Below are positions 52,253 through 52,795 of a stretch of DNA of 52,795 bases, in pieces. The stretch is from assembly GCA_031270685.1 (NCBI GenBank), contig JAISXA010000095.1, forward strand, positions 1 to 52,795. The letters are read 5' to 3'. A program made the position numbers and the translations under genes. The notes under the pieces were generated by a model. That model did not search any database. It had not been told where the DNA came from and worked only from the letters and a program-made list of their open reading frames with translations. The number at the start of each line of letters is the position of its first letter. Position 1 is the first letter of the stretch. This DNA is from Planctomycetota bacterium. Its GTDB lineage: Bacteria > Planctomycetota > SZUA-567.

Positions 52253-52298
52253 GTGGTCTTTTGGAGGAAATCGGGCCAACCGCCGCCCGATTTCCTCT
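52253..52298. mobile_element. hpMITE-B hairpin-B unit (right TIR missing) inside the ISL3 relic
   Basis: GTGGTCTTTTGGAGGAAATCGGGC-CAACCGCC-GCCCGATTTCCTC. Confidence 0.7.
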
Positions 52299-52299
52299 T

Positions 52300-52587
52300 C
52301 ATGGGCGCCGCGAACCTCACTTCCGCCTGGCGCTTGGCGCCGCAGGAACGGCAGCGCAATCGCGGCACCGACAGCACCGCGTACACCAAGTGCAGTCCAA
52401 TGGGTGGGAGACGGAAGGTACGCTCATATGCTCCATCCCTTACCGCCTCCGTCGACCCATATACCGAACACCGGGGGCGGCGGTCCTCAATATGGAAGTA
52501 AACTTTGGAGTCCTTGTAAATCGTCTTCACATACCCATAGTCGCGAAGACCAAAGGTCCGATTCAAAAGCGTGCTGGACATATTCAT
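52300..52587 (-). pseudogene. ISL3-family transposase N-terminal (zf-ISL3) relic
   Basis: RPRCSVYGS...RTFRLPPIGLHLVYAVLSVPRLRCRSCGAKRQAEVRF matches the zinc-finger/HTH N-terminus of ISL3 transposases. One Cys position reads Tyr. Homology stops where an hpMITE-B hairpin unit begins, so the tail of the 150-aa track ORF is repeat-encoded. Confidence 0.55.
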
Positions 52588-52630
52588 TCCTATCCCTTGG
52601 ATAACTTCAACCCAAAGAATAGGTTATCGA

Positions 52631-52795
52631 CTAACTCGCCTTTCGGGAGCGCCCATCCCCGAAGAAACCGGATGAGCCCAAAAATACAAGAAATGCTGCA
52701 TGCGGAAGAAGTTCGACAAGCAAGCTCTTCCCGGAGCCGGTCGGGCCGACCAGGAGCATCCGGTCGTTGTCGAGAAGGGACAGGAGCGCCCCCCT
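52631..52795 (-). pseudogene. partial P-loop NTPase fragment at the window edge
   Basis: The reverse frame reads ...DNDRMLLVGPTGSGKSLLVEL (Walker A) and stops 30 codons later. The upstream part lies outside the window. Confidence 0.3.

Overview
GC-rich (by eye about 60-65 %) bacterial chromosomal window with Gram-negative-type content (GT9 heptosyltransferase, ADP-heptose enzyme, DsbD-like reductase, LysM and SpoIID-like proteins). I cannot assign a taxon without a search. Layout: (i) 0.2-7.5 kb is a sulfur-assimilation cluster: cysK, a NifX-like protein, a NitT/TauT-type ABC importer, metY, a radical-SAM-like protein and a HIT protein. (ii) 7.7-12.1 kb holds envelope and redox genes. (iii) 12.2-16.9 kb is a tightly packed five-gene minus-strand operon ending in a pseudokinase-PilZ fusion. 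(iv) 17-30.5 kb and 32.8-41.6 kb are housekeeping genes (der, ksgA, serC, lipB, queH, larC, LPS genes). (v) 30.5-32.8 kb is a decayed mobile-element patch: an AlpA-like gene, a frameshifted RHH gene and an IS1380-like relic. (vi) 42.5-52.1 kb is a complete Lsr-type autoinducer-2 uptake/processing cluster, lsrR-lsrK plus two cupin genes divergent from lsrACDBF. No lsrG is present, and the cluster is followed by an ISL3 transposase relic. The strongest signal not explained by genes is two related families of hairpin-built MITE-like elements, here called hpMITE-A and hpMITE-B. About 23 copies or fragments fill most intergenic spacers (roughly 2.5 kb, about 5 % of the window). They carry terminal inverted repeats and 5-7 bp target-site duplications, and include one nested insertion and one A/B chimera. 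Every hairpin presents the same loop, (A/C)AACCGCC, on unrelated stems. No rRNA, tRNA or CRISPR array was seen. All protein calls come from reading the ORF-track translations against remembered family motifs, with no searches run. Repeat coordinates were hand-counted and may be off by 1-2 nt.
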